From Tubiluchus corallicola (lineage: Eukaryota > Animalia > Priapulida), in NCBI GenBank assembly GCA_030141605.1, contig JAQGDQ010000470.1:111355-175354 (forward strand): a DNA stretch of 64,000 nt. The letters run 5' to 3'. Shown here piece by piece: positions 1 through 13,072 of the stretch (position 1 is the first letter of the stretch; every line of letters starts with the position of its first letter). A program made the position numbers and the translations under genes. The notes below the pieces were generated by a model. That model was not told the origin of the DNA and searched no databases. It saw nothing but the letters and a program-made list of their open reading frames with translations.

Positions 1-159
1 GGGTTGGCCACTCCGTCTACCTGTCTCAATTTTCAATCTATTAGAATGGTGCCTCATTCTAGTGAATGCAATGCGAAATTTTTGGTCAATGTTTCATCCA
101 GGCAGGTTTGAAATTAGGGCCTCTCTTTTTTAAAAATCCGTGCTATGTATGTAATATTA

Positions 160-682
<523 letters not shown>

Positions 683-1608
683 GCCCTCACTTCACCGCTG
701 CTACGAGTGCGACACTACTACAAACATGCGCGGATTTTCTTAGGGTTACTCTCTTTTTAAAATGTATGCTACGCATATCATTCTCCCTCGCGCATAGTGT
801 GTCTCACTTCTCGCTTTATATATTCATTATGCTGAACTTAAACCAGGCATATGAGCATTATTGATTAAATATCGAACGTTTCAGCAGGATAACAGGCGAA
901 TTGTATTGGATTTTTCTGTTTAGTTTAAACTATTGTTTTACAATTTTTCCATTTTTTATTTAGCGTTTCAAATAAAGATGTGGACTTGTTGGTATAGTCT
1001 GCGCTTCGCTTTATCTGATCAGTAATTTAATAAAAAAAACTCAATCCACTGTGTGGTTATTGTATTTTGCATGACATTGCGTAGATTCTAACCAACCTTT
1101 TAGTGATTACGTAATTATACGTTATTATAAGTGATTTTAAATATTTAACCTAGCTTTGCTTCTAATTAGTTTTTTATAACATAATGCACTAAATAAATTT
1201 AGAATAGAATTAAACAAAGAATAGAAATGAAGTAGTAATTGGTTTTCGGGTTAGAAGATTTCTTTCATTTAATGGCATTTTCTGCAATAACTCATTCATG
1301 TCTAACTAACTGTCTCATCAATTTGTGTGCTGCACTGTCAGTGATGTCTGCCTGTAGTTGTTTGGATCAGAACTTTCACCTTTCTTAAATATTGGATTTG
1401 CATCTGTCAGCTTTCATGCTACAAGGTTCTCACAGATTTTAGCTGAAATTTGTTTGGCAATGAATAGCCATGCAGCTGAGACAACACGTCTCTGTTGAGA
1501 AATTTCTTTGCCGGTATTATACTAATCGACTTTATATTATGCTGCTTTCATCCATGAAAGTTTAAATTGTTTTGGGTGTTGTGATTATATCCCTGCCTGC
1601 ACCCAAGC

Positions 1609-1780
1609 TGGAATACGTTTACCTGAGTTTGTACGGCTTCTTCACACACCTGTGGTCTTTTCTTCGCTTGGAATACATTTACCTGAGTTTGTACGGCTTC
1701 TTCACACACCTGTGGTCTTTTCTTCGCTTGGAATACATTTACCTGAGTTTGTACGGCTTCTTCACACACCTGTGGTCTTT
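1609..1780. repeat. 60-bp tandem repeat, ~3 copies
   Basis: Unit GGAATACATTTACCTGAGTTTGTACGGCTTCTTCACACACCTGTGGTCTTTTCTTCGCTT recurs at 60-bp spacing. Confidence 0.95.
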
Positions 1781-2195
1781 TATTCTCACTTCCAGAGACA
1801 GTCCATTAGAGCCACTGCGTGCTCATGATATTTCATTATCTAACACAAATGCGACGAAAAAACTGCATATTGTGTTTCCTGTTTAATTTATGTAAACAGG
1901 GCTTCTTCCTTGCCACTTCTGGCATGGCTTCCTTTCACAAACAACTCGCGTTTTTGCATGCTATTATGATCAGGTGACAATAACATCTGTCGATATTTTT
2001 TTGTTTACTTAGTACAAACATTTGCACAGGCATACGCAACTTACGCACGAAACTAAAATGTTAACAGCAAAAGAGGAGCGGCCTTGGCTATTTAAACCTT
2101 CACATGGGCAAAAGCTAAGTTGACCCAGTTGGTGGTAAAAGAGCTGAACACGAATTTTAGTTGCAGGTGTTGGCATTTTATTAGGCCATCTAATC

Positions 2196-3326
2196 ATGCA
2201 ATTTTCAGTGCATGATGTAACACACTATGCTCTAAATTCATCAAATTCAAATGATTCTTTTAATTTCGAAGTCACTGAACCTCCAAGCGGGACTTCTGTC
2301 GTACCGCAGATACTAGTACAACATCCTGATGCAGTTGCAGACGCTGTGCAGTTCTGGGTGTACAGAGCGGCAGTTCTTTTCGTGGTTACGGTGGGCTTCA
2401 TTGGAAATTCTCTAAACTTGACGGTACTGTGGACCAGCAAGAGAATGACAAGTGCATTTTATACGCTGCTGCGATGGTTGTCCGTAACCGACTTTCTGTT
2501 CGTCATCAACTTGTTCTCTTACACCCTCATTCGATCAAGATTAGTGCAGCAGACATACAACGTCATGTGGTTTTACACGCGCGTATCCTACTCCCTGATT
2601 AGAGGCTTTATGTGCTGCAGTAATTTCATCGTTGTGACTTTGACCGTGGACAGATACTTGTCGGTGTGTCATCCAATTAAATTCAAGAACGTATTGACCC
2701 ACCGACGCGCTAACATGATCGTTATATCGGTGGTCATATGCTCATTCGTCATCCAAATACCTCACACACTTGAGACCATTGTTGTGCCTTCCTGTTTTGA
2801 TCCTCTGACGAATATCAGCTCATGTTATGACTGGGATTTTCATCCCAACAGGAGAAAGATGGTATTTTTCCGGACAATCAACCCGGTGCTTAAGGAACTT
2901 CTGACACGCTTCCTTCCCATCATAAGCGTCATGCTTCTCAACCCACTGATACTGCTGGGACACTTCCGAATGGTGAAGAAACGAGAAGAGCTGAAAGGAA
3001 CGAGAAGGTCACCTGACAGACGGCAATCACGGGAGGAGAAGCGACTCTTCGTGTTGTTGATGACAACATCCATAGTTTTCGTCACGTGTACGTTACCTGG
3101 GGCGTTTGTGACCGTGCTGATTCGCGCATTTCCAAAATGGTACTCAGGACACGATGAGTTTTATGTTTTTGTTCACTCAGCGTTTGTAGTAGACGCCTGC
3201 AACTTCGCCTTTAATTTCTATGCGTATAGCGTTTCCAGTTCTGACTTTCGCAAGTGCTTCTGTGAAGTGTTCCACCTTGCACCTGGAGGACAAAGAGTAG
3301 GGACAATCACAGCATCAGTGACGTAA
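2196..3326 (+). CDS. Intronless class A (rhodopsin-like) GPCR, FMRFamide-receptor-like/peptide receptor group, 376 aa
   Basis: Seven hydrophobic segments; GN in TM1 (GFIGNSLN), LSVTD in TM2, TVDRYLSVCHP (DRY), CTLP in TM6, NFAFNFYAY...FR in TM7/helix 8; N-terminal NSS glycosylation sequon. Ligand not inferable. Confidence 0.93.
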   Translation: MQFSVHDVTHYALNSSNSNDSFNFEVTEPPSGTSVVPQILVQHPDAVADAVQFWVYRAAVLFVVTVGFIGNSLNLTVLWTSKRMTSAFYTLLRWLSVTDFLFVINLFSYTLIRSRLVQQTYNVMWFYTRVSYSLIRGFMCCSNFIVVTLTVDRYLSVCHPIKFKNVLTHRRANMIVISVVICSFVIQIPHTLETIVVPSCFDPLTNISSCYDWDFHPNRRKMVFFRTINPVLKELLTRFLPIISVMLLNPLILLGHFRMVKKREELKGTRRSPDRRQSREEKRLFVLLMTTSIVFVTCTLPGAFVTVLIRAFPKWYSGHDEFYVFVHSAFVVDACNFAFNFYAYSVSSSDFRKCFCEVFHLAPGGQRVGTITASVT

Positions 3327-3841
3327 ACCAGCTGTGAAGTGCTCCATCTTGCACCTCGAGGACAACGAGTAGGAACAATCACAGCTTCAATAACGTAGAC
3401 CAGCTGTGAAATGTTCCACCTTGCACCTGGAGGACAAAGAGTAGGGACAATCACAGCATCAGTGACGTAAACCAGCTGTGAAGTGCTCCATCTTGCACCT
3501 CGAGGACAACGAGTAGGAACAATCACAGCTTCAATAACGTAAACCAGCTGTGAAGTGTTCCACCTTGCACCTCGAGGACAAAGAGTAGGAACAATCAGAG
3601 CTTCAATAACGTAAACCAGCTGTGAAGTGTTCCACCTTGCACCTCGAGGACAAAGAGTAGGAACAATCAGAGCTTCAATAACGTAAACCAGCTGTGAAGT
3701 GTTCCACCTTGCACCTCGAGGACAAAGAGTAGGAACAATTGGAGCTTCAATAACGTAAACCAGCTGTGAAGTGTTCCATTTTGCACCTCGAGGACAAAGA
3801 GTAGGGACAATCACAGCTTCAATGACATAAACCAGCTGTGA
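3260..3841 (+). repeat. 72-bp tandem repeat, 8 copies, overlapping the GPCR C-terminus and stop codon
   Basis: Unit CTGTGAAGTGTTCCACCTTGCACCTGGAGGACAAAGAGTAGGGACAATCACAGCATCAGTGACGTAAACCAG; copy 1 encodes CEVFHLAPGGQRVGTITASVT*. Confidence 0.97.
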
Positions 3842-5218
3842 TAAATAAACAGCAAAGAGCTGCTATAGAGGGGAGGGACCACATTCAGAGTGGCGACTTG
3901 TAAAATCAAGGTACCCTTAGTATCTCTCAAGAGTCCATTTTGGGGCAATTATTTGTATTAGTCTTCAACGTAGTAATAGATAATCGACGAAGTAAAATTC
4001 ACTTTCATACGGATGATGCAATTCCATCGCATTAAACTAAAAAAAATGCAGCTAAAAGTATTTTTGCAGTAAATAATGATCTTGCAAATATTAATGTTAC
4101 AAATAAGTGTGTCACGTTGAGTGTTAGTAAAACAAAAATTATAACTTTTTTAGCGAAAAACCTCCTTCTTTATATAGGAGTTATAAAATTTGGCGAAGAT
4201 GCTGTTGAAGAGGTTTGCATTCATAAACCATTAACCACTTACAGACATAGTGCTTTACTCTAAACTTAACTAAGCCCAACAGTGTTGAGAGCATACCTGG
4301 CAAACTCTACAACAAGTAACCATCACTTTAGTAAAGACAGAATACATGAAATTAATACTATGCTCATTCATTAACGAAATTATATGTCAAAATGGTTTCC
4401 TAAATGAACTAGTCTCCACAATGTTTGTGAAATTTGTAAATAATACTATCACTCTTCTTTGGATAGTACTGAGATTGATTTGTTGAAATTATGTAACAAT
4501 GATCTATCATTTGACTTAGCTCAAGATTTCATAAAATCATCTGAGCGTTATAAATAGAAAGAAATTGCTGCTGCAGTCTGGCTGATCGTTTATGGAGGAG
4601 AATCTGGATATCGTGTCGCCCGAAATTTTTGTAGATTAATGCGCTCTCTAACATTCATTGTTCTGCTGTAAAAAAACATTAAATTGCATTGTCATACTGT
4701 ACCTTGTTATTACATTGTAATGGTTCGATGGTATGTATCATGTATGTTGCATTATCATTAATGATTAATGATCATTATTATTTATTAATGATCATCAACT
4801 TCAAACTTTTTTAGATTGTTAGAGTTAGCAGGAAGACCTTTAATCACAATAATGCACATTATGTAGGCACAATGGAAAAAGTTTGTATTAATGTTCACTA
4901 TTATTGTCAGTCCACTTTAAATAAATAAAGGTTATAAACCACTTTCATTAAATTAAGTGCTTCTATGTTCACGTGAAGAAGTGATGGTAACAGCCCTGTC
5001 AACAACATTCTGTTAAAATAATAAACAGTGCGTTACAGTGTTTATAGCTTTAGGTTTGTTAATAAAAGTATGTTGTTGCCAATGTGATCTCATGCGTGTT
5101 ATTGATTTTTATTCAGTTGTTATTAAATATCTATGAATAAATTGGAGTTACATTAGATCTCTTTTGCAAATCATGTAACGTTGCGTTTCTAAAAATAAAT
5201 TAACATACTACCCTTTCA

Positions 5219-5603
<385 letters not shown>

Positions 5604-6063
5604 TTTTGTCTCTTCATATCTTAGTATATTTATTTCTTCTTTTTTATTTTATATATATATCTTTTTCTCTCTTATCTTTCCTCTCTCCTCTTCCTGCGCC
5701 TTTCATTCCTCTGTCTCTCACTTGCTCTTAAATATTCTCTTCCTATCTAAGTGATTGTTTTACACTTCATTTCTCAGCTCCACCTATTCCGAAGCGGTAA
5801 GCAATCATTTTTGCTTCTCGGTCTTCTCGGCAGCTATAATAGATCAATGTCTTTTGTCGCAGAACTTAGTTGGCAAGGAATTATTACGTTGGACAACCTC
5901 TAATTTGTTGATTTTACAGACGCTGCAGAAACACTAAGAAAAACAAACGATGTGCGATATTAGGAAGCTAGAAATAACACACTCGGACGAGGAGTGACAT
6001 ATTAATTCCTACTTCCGGGACGCTTCTATACTTTTTTCCATAACTGCGAACGGCAACAGCAAA

Positions 6064-6255
6064 ATGTTTGATGTGGTGCTTCCGTTATTAATGATTTGTG
6101 TGCTGGTTTTTGTTTATTTATTAAAAGAAAGGCGAGATCGCGAAAAACATGTTGAAGACAAAGGAGGCACAATAGCAGTTGAACAAGAGTTTGTACTCGA
6201 TTCGGAAAAATACCAAGTTGAGGATGTGCTGCACGAAAACGGAATATCTTTGTAG
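6064..6255 (+). CDS. Possible 63-aa single-pass membrane microprotein (uncertain)
   Basis: AAAATG start context, hydrophobic VVLPLLMICVLVFVYLL followed by KERRDREK; ACTTCCGG ETS-like motif at ~6011. No homology recognised. Confidence 0.3.
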   Translation: MFDVVLPLLMICVLVFVYLLKERRDREKHVEDKGGTIAVEQEFVLDSEKYQVEDVLHENGISL

Positions 6256-6531
6256 AGGATTGATGGGTGAAGAATTATATATATATATATATAAAAGCTT
6301 CTGTATAGGTTTGTATTTGCATGTATAACAACGATGAAATTAGCTCCAGCAAGCGTTTTCTGTTAAGTGATAAGACAGGCCAGAATCTTTGGTAGTTTAT
6401 TCCACTTTTCAATAGAAAGTCACTGTCCATATTCTTGAAATAATTGTAAGCAATGGCGTTCGACGTTAATATGTGGAATACCCCAGAATTTACAAGCTTT
6501 GCAGAATGAAACTTAGGTAAATTTTGAAGAC

Positions 6532-6624
<93 letters not shown>

Positions 6625-6629
6625 TCTTC

Positions 6630-6660
<31 letters not shown>

Positions 6661-7211
6661 TAGGGTGTCTCAAAAACCACTATACACTTTGAATTCGAAT
6701 TTCCTTTGTAAATTTTTCGCCAGTCTCAGTAAGCTCTTTCACGATTGAAAAGGAGCATTTGACAATAATTCTTTTTATTTATTTTTCGATTGGAACCCTG
6801 TTGCTATGGCGACGGCAGTAAATCTAGTAACGAGACGCAAAATTAGCCTGGCATGAGGCCCTTGGACACCAACTGAAATTTGGAACTGCACAGTATGGAC
6901 CACTTTATCTCACTGTTAACAATGTAGTTTTTCGACAAGTATAGCTATCGTCACTTCTCCCAGGCTGTGAGAGACTTTCTCAATGCAAGATGCCTAACTC
7001 GTCATGCAGATTTGTCTCTGAAGTTTTGAGGTCTCTGAAGGAGGTAGCAAAAATACCAAACCCTGCTAATGCAGTAGTTCCTTTCAGATTTTCATCAAAT
7101 TTGATTAAAATAATTATGCAAAGTTTTAGTTCATCTGTACCGATTTTCAGACACTTTGCTTTGCTTGTTAAAAAAACAGAAATGTAAAGCGGTGACTTCT
7201 GGGACACCCTG
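6661..7211. mobile_element. Tc1/mariner-type MITE
   Basis: Terminal inverted repeats (T)AGGGTGTCTCAAAAA ... TTCTGGGACACCCTG flanked by TA; no coding capacity. Confidence 0.7.
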
Positions 7212-7356
7212 TATTTGCATCGTGTGAATTGGGAAGCAAATTCTTCCGTATTACATTTCTTTCCGCGATTTTCAAAATGGGAGCAAAGTTCAAATATTCA
7301 TGTGAAATGGTAAAATTGTCAGCTTATTTGGCTTCATGTATCCTAAGAATTACCTG

Positions 7357-7620
7357 TGTAAGACCAGAGTTTTTTTGTACTTTGGTTCTTTTACACAACG
7401 AGTTCGTAGCAAATGAAAGTTTGGTCTGTGTCCATGTCCCAGTTTTTGAATACCAAGAATTATGTGTGTAAGACCAGAGTTTTTCTGTACTTTGGTTCTT
7501 TTACACAACGAGTTCGTAGTAAATGAAAGTTTGGCCTGTGTCCACGTCCTAGTTTTCGAATACCAAGTATTATGTGTGTAAGATCAAAGTTTTTCTGTAC
7601 TTTGGCTCTTTTACACAACC
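7357..7620. repeat. ~110-bp tandem repeat, ~2.4 copies
   Basis: TGTAAGACCAGAGTTTTT..TGTACTTTGGTTCTTTTACACAAC recurs at ~7357, ~7466 and ~7577. Confidence 0.85.
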
Positions 7621-8305
7621 AGATAGTACATAGTAATAAAAATTTTGGTCCGTGTCTTAGACAGAGATGCACTCTGTTTTGACAAAAAGACATAAATCTT
7701 TTTGACGTTTGGAATTCTGCTATTACATAGACTACTTAAGACTCGTGTTCACGGCTGCTTGACAACACTTTATAAAAGCTCTTACATATTTTATCTTTCC
7801 CCCGGATCCATGCTGCCAAGTTTGACGAGTATTTATATTATATTTACCATTAAGGTTCTTAAGTCTTTAAACCTGCGTGTCAAAGAGCGTGAACGTCAAG
7901 GTCGAAACACGCTTTCACGAACTTTCACAAGTACTGGCTAAAATTAAATAAAAATAGCACTTTTCAAACCACTTGTCGGATTAAGGGAATCCAGAAAGAA
8001 AGAGAGCCAATCACGAATAATTCCAGCATCACGCACTTCATAATGGTTGGCATGCCAGTTTCAAGGTCGTTCAAATAATGGAATGAAAAGGAAGGATTTC
8101 AACTGGAAAACTCGGGATGCGACTACATGCCTTGATAAATGTAAAACAAACTGGGTGAGTTATTTGACGTTGTACGCTTGCCTGGCATGTAGGAACAAGG
8201 TAAGTAGAACTAGCAGACTTAGTAAACTTGCAATGTTTTTTTGCCATTTTAACAGAACTTGCAAGTGCACGTACCTATTAAAGTAAGTAGATAATTTAGT
8301 GTTAA

Positions 8306-8767
8306 AGGAAAACCGGACGATTGTTTAGATTCAATCTCATTTTAACTTACTGTCAAAAATATACATTTTGTTGCTTATAAAAGTTAGCAATTGTTTTTTT
8401 ATATTTGAATAATAAGCTTAGAAAGTTAATTAACGGTAACTGAACACAGCTATTGCTTACGCCATAAACTAACCACAGTTTGTGCAATAGTAGGCATCTT
8501 CTCTTGAGCGTCGAGCACGGCTCTACATCATATGACGTCAGAAATTAACACTGCAGTTTATGGACATGTTTGAAACGGTACGCCGATGTGACAAAAATGC
8601 ACGGTTGCCAATCTTAGTAGATTCACTGAGCCGCGCGTAGCATTTAAAGTTTAACAAAATTTGAGTATCCGAGGTACCTATTATTTAACCTAAGCTTTGA
8701 TTTCAATATTTTACAGCATTCTTTATTCTGAACTATTATTCTGTTTACACAATCATCCGGTTTTCGT
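8306..8767 (-). mobile_element. Kolobok-like MITE (family A), internally deleted copy
   Basis: TTAA|AGGAAAACCGGACGATTG ... CAATCATCCGGTTTTCGT|TTAA; internal sequence matches the copies at 16853, 46244 and 56567. Confidence 0.8.
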
Positions 8768-9161
8768 TTAAATTTACTGACCTCACTTTTGTATGGAAGA
8801 ATAATCACGACTATTACACTGTTACAGCTGACTTTTGGTTAGAAAATCTCAATTACTGTGCTGGAAGAAGTTTCTCTTCGTCTGCATAATTTGGTTTAAA
8901 CATGTATTTTTTATTTGATCAAAAAATAGATTTTACCGTAATATATTTTTAGTAAAAAGAAATAAAATAAAACATCCAATTAGCACAGAAGGACTTGCCC
9001 ATTTTAAGTCCTCTGGACTGACTGACGCTTTTCATTTGTAATTTTTATAATAAATTTTTCGTTTCATTATTTAATGCATAGTTAGTTAAATTAACACACG
9101 TTTTAATTCTAATTCAGACTAATTCAAGCTCAAAGCTGACTTCGACCTAGTCCATATTATA

Positions 9162-9241
9162 TGTGTGTGTGTGTGTGTGTGTGCGTGAGTTTGTGTGTGT
9201 GTGTGTGTGTGTGTGTGCGTGCGTGCGTGCGTGTGTGTGTG

Positions 9242-9314
<73 letters not shown>
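9162..9314. repeat. (GT)n microsatellite
   Basis: Direct. Confidence 0.97.
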
Positions 9315-9315
<1 letters not shown>

Positions 9316-9664
9316 ATACAAATTATCTTATACATCAGTTTTTCAAAAGTTGACGTAATTATTTAAATGCACTGTTAACCCCACCTAAAACAAGATTCCT
9401 AATTTCTGCCTAATTTCAGGACAGCGCTGAGTGAGATTCGTTGATTAGTTGCTGAGATGCGCCTTAATTAAAAAAAGCCATTCCTTCCATCATACCTAAT
9501 TCGAGCAAAGTGTAATTTGTTATCAAAATCAATAAATCGATAATTATACTAAATAACGATGCCACTAAATGATAGTACAGTTTGTCGTAATACAAAAATG
9601 TAGTTATAATTATCAGTTTAATGTAATAGTTATGAGATGAATGACATTTTTTGTTTCTAGAACA

Positions 9665-9719
9665 ATGGCTCTGCTACAACGCAATATTTGCTTTTCTCTC
9701 ATCTTACTAATCAGTACAG
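9665..9719 (+). CDS. BRICHOS precursor coding exon 1 (signal peptide MALLQRNICFSLILLIST)
   Basis: Acceptor TTTGTTTCTAG ends at 9660, ATG at 9665, donor CAG|GTAAGT. Confidence 0.8.
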
Positions 9720-12700
9720 GTAAGTTTAATACATACGTAAAAATCAGTATGTTATGTAAATTCGCTACATGCAATATGACAAAAAACTTCAATCATACCA
9801 GAATCGGCAGTCTAATCTGGTTGAGTCGAAAGCATTATCCGAATTTCAAAAGGAAGGAAGTCAACAAGTTGACATCTTGCACAAAAGTATGACAAAAGAA
9901 CAACAGCAACAATGACGCAAGTAACTACTAAATCTGTGTGAGTGATTTAACTAATATGTGAGTGAATATGTTTGCTCAAAATGACCGAATATGTCTAATT
10001 TATTAAAAATCGGGACCGGATTTATCTACTTGCGGTCCCTAGGCCAAACTCGCCAGTGGGAACCCAAATTTATAGAAGTGTTGGCATATCTTAGTATCTA
10101 ATATATATACGACCCACCAGAGGGCTATAGCCTCGTAGTTTGCCAGTGTGGCCTTATACTTATTGTACAGGGCTCCCATACACCAGGCCCTGTACTTATT
10201 CTATAGGGGCATTTATGGTTTTGAAACAAGGTTATATACTGACACGCTGCTATAGGTAATTCAGGCCCTGTAAATAATTCTAAACAATCAAATGTGGGTA
10301 TGTAATTTAATACAGACCTAGCTTTAGTTTAAAACTTGGCTTCACAGTACGCTCTGGCACCAGTGTAGCTTTAGTTTAAAACTTGGCTTTACAGTATGCT
10401 CTGGCACCAGTGTAGCTTTAGTTTACAATTTGGCTTCACAGTAAGCTCTGGCACCAGTGTAGCTTTAGTTTAAAACTTGGCTTCACAGTACGCTCTGGCA
10501 CCAGTGTAGCTTTAGTTTAAAACTTGGCTTCACAGTACGCTCTGGCACCAGTGTAGCTTTAGTTTAAAACTTGGCTTCACAGTAAGTTCTGGTACCAGTG
10601 TGAAATTGTGCGTCGAGTTTCCGCGTACTGCAGGGAGACAAAGGAGTTAAGACACGACAGGACGTCCCCCGAGTTATAAACATCCTCATTTCAGAATTTT
10701 ATCTCCAAGGACAAAATCATACATAACACTAGAAAGTCGCAAACGCATCTGTCACGATCATTTTGCTTCAAATGAATTTGAACAGTATAGCTTTTATTAA
10801 AGTCTCATTTCTTCTCCAACTTTTAATACTGAAGACAATATAACGACTGTAGAAATTTACAACGAAACGAGTAACGTTTAAAACTCGTATATCATCCTAC
10901 TGGTAACAGATGATAGTCGACAGATGTAACACTGTAGGCCCTCAATTTAAATGAATATAACAGTCATTACAGCATAAAAATTGTTACAAAATTTGTAATA
11001 AAAAGAATGCATTAACTTTTCTGGTTGACCAATAATTTGGGTGTCATTCTTAAACTTGTAACATTGGGATGCGAGGTGGGCAGATGTACACTTTTAAACT
11101 AAGTTTTTATGTGAATGTTTTATCTAAACGACCCGATATATTATCTAAAGCTAAACAGCTAAAGTATCATTTGGTCAATTTTTCTCAAATCAAGTTGTAC
11201 TGATTTGGAACTCATTGCCTGCATATGTTGATGGTGCACCCCTCGTAACTGCACAAAATATTAAGTTATTTAAAAGTCGCTTATATAAAGTTAACTTGCA
11301 TAAATTCCTTGTGCACAATAGACACATCTAAGCAGTTAATCTCTCAGTGTCTTTACTAAACTCTTGTAAATATCTTATTTGTATGTGTTACGCCAACGTG
11401 TTTTGTATAATATATTGTTTTTGTTGTAGACTGTATTTTACTATTGGGAGTGAATAAAATAAATAAATAAATAAAAATAAAGTCTTATATGTTTTAACGA
11501 AAATCAGCTTTTTGTATGAATGTCAATCACTTTACAAAAAATGACTAGCTAATTATAACTAACAGCATAATTATAATTACAATTATAATATGGTGATTAT
11601 GTGGACATTATTTAGACATGATTATACATGAATTTCGAGCAGACGGTGATTGTGACAAATATAATGCTTCGTTGTGCTTTTTGCAGTTCCCATAAGCAGA
11701 TCTCAACAAGATGGCTACGAGGATTCATTTACGTCACCACAACCAGTACTGCAAGTTGAAATTGACGAGGAGCTTCAGGTACAGAGAACGAAATTATTGA
11801 ATTTTTGCAGTCTTATTTTTCTACAGTGCGTAGACTAATTTTAATTTATGCAGTTAATATTGAAATTAGCATATTCTGCATCATTAGCCTTTAAAAATAG
11901 ACGAGGCAATCACTTATCCACAATTTACGTCTGTAATAATGTAAACTGATGCACTTCAATATAACACAGTCAAACTGTGCATATAGTGTATATAAGATGC
12001 CGAGATATTCAATAATTTCGAGGCATATATTGCGAAATGTTTACCGTTTCTGAGTGTAACATATAGTAGCATCAAAACGCCTTGTTACAAGCCCTGATAT
12101 AAAAAAGGTTCAGGCGCAGGGCACTAATAGCACCTCTAGAATATTTCTTGTTTTGTTGTTCTGGTCTAACGTGAAAGTTTTTTAAATATTAAGTAGCTAT
12201 AATCATGGAGCAGGGCAGGGAAGGACCATAGGGTCATCTAGTCTCCTGCCCTTTCTTATATATAGATTAGTCTATTAAAAATTAACGGTGATGCTGCAGG
12301 TAACAAAAACAAAAACAACTAAGAAAAAAGGATAATAAAAACAATATAAATGATACAAATTATCCAAAAAACTAAAAAAAAGTTGGATACCAAAATCTAA
12401 ACAAAACAATACAATTATTAGGATTATCATATGTAGTAGTTTCAAATGGGGTCTTATTAACAGGGGAATTTGACCAAGATTAATGAGTAAAGGTTACTTG
12501 AAAGGTCTTCTAAGAAAGCCTAATGCTGACTGGAAAGGTGACTCTTCCGTTTGACATAAAGAAATGATTTGTTGAACTTTGTTTAATCTGAGTTTAAATT
12601 TAAACATTGATACGTGAGCGTAGGCAAACGTGAACAAATAATCGTTTCAAACCAGTTTCACTACTAGAAATCACCTTATCATTTGTCCGAAATTCATCAT

Positions 12701-13036
12701 TCATGAAAACTGAACTTAACGGAAGGTTCAAGGATAATTAAGATGTATGTAGATAATTAGCAATAGAGACACTTGAGTGTTGAGGTTCATGCACCATTTG
12801 ATGCTTCGGGTACCTTCTTATCATCCAAGCATCGTCGGCAAGTACTTTTCTGAATCCTGTAATATCAACAAATTTGTTTTTGCCACGTTTCCCAATATAC
12901 CACAGACCTCAGAAATCACCTGGTGCGCAATTAAGTAGTAGTAGTGGTAGTGGTAGTGGTAGTGGTAGTGGTAGTGGTAGTGGAAGTGGTAGTGGTAGTG
13001 GTAGTGGTAGTGGTAGTGGTAGTGGTAGTGGTAGTG

Positions 13037-13072
<36 letters not shown>

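Noticed and set aside
1548-1886. Possible minus-strand exon whose donor (CAG|GTAAAT) is triplicated by the 60-bp repeat
   Set aside because: The candidate exon (~1745-1839) has stops in all three frames and no partner exons were found.
3218-3814. 198-aa minus-strand repetitive ORF
   Set aside because: Antisense reading of the 72-bp array; open only because the unit is a multiple of 3.
4130-4560. Possible old LINE 3' end (..DLAQDFIKSSERYK*)
   Set aside because: Too degraded to delimit or classify by eye.
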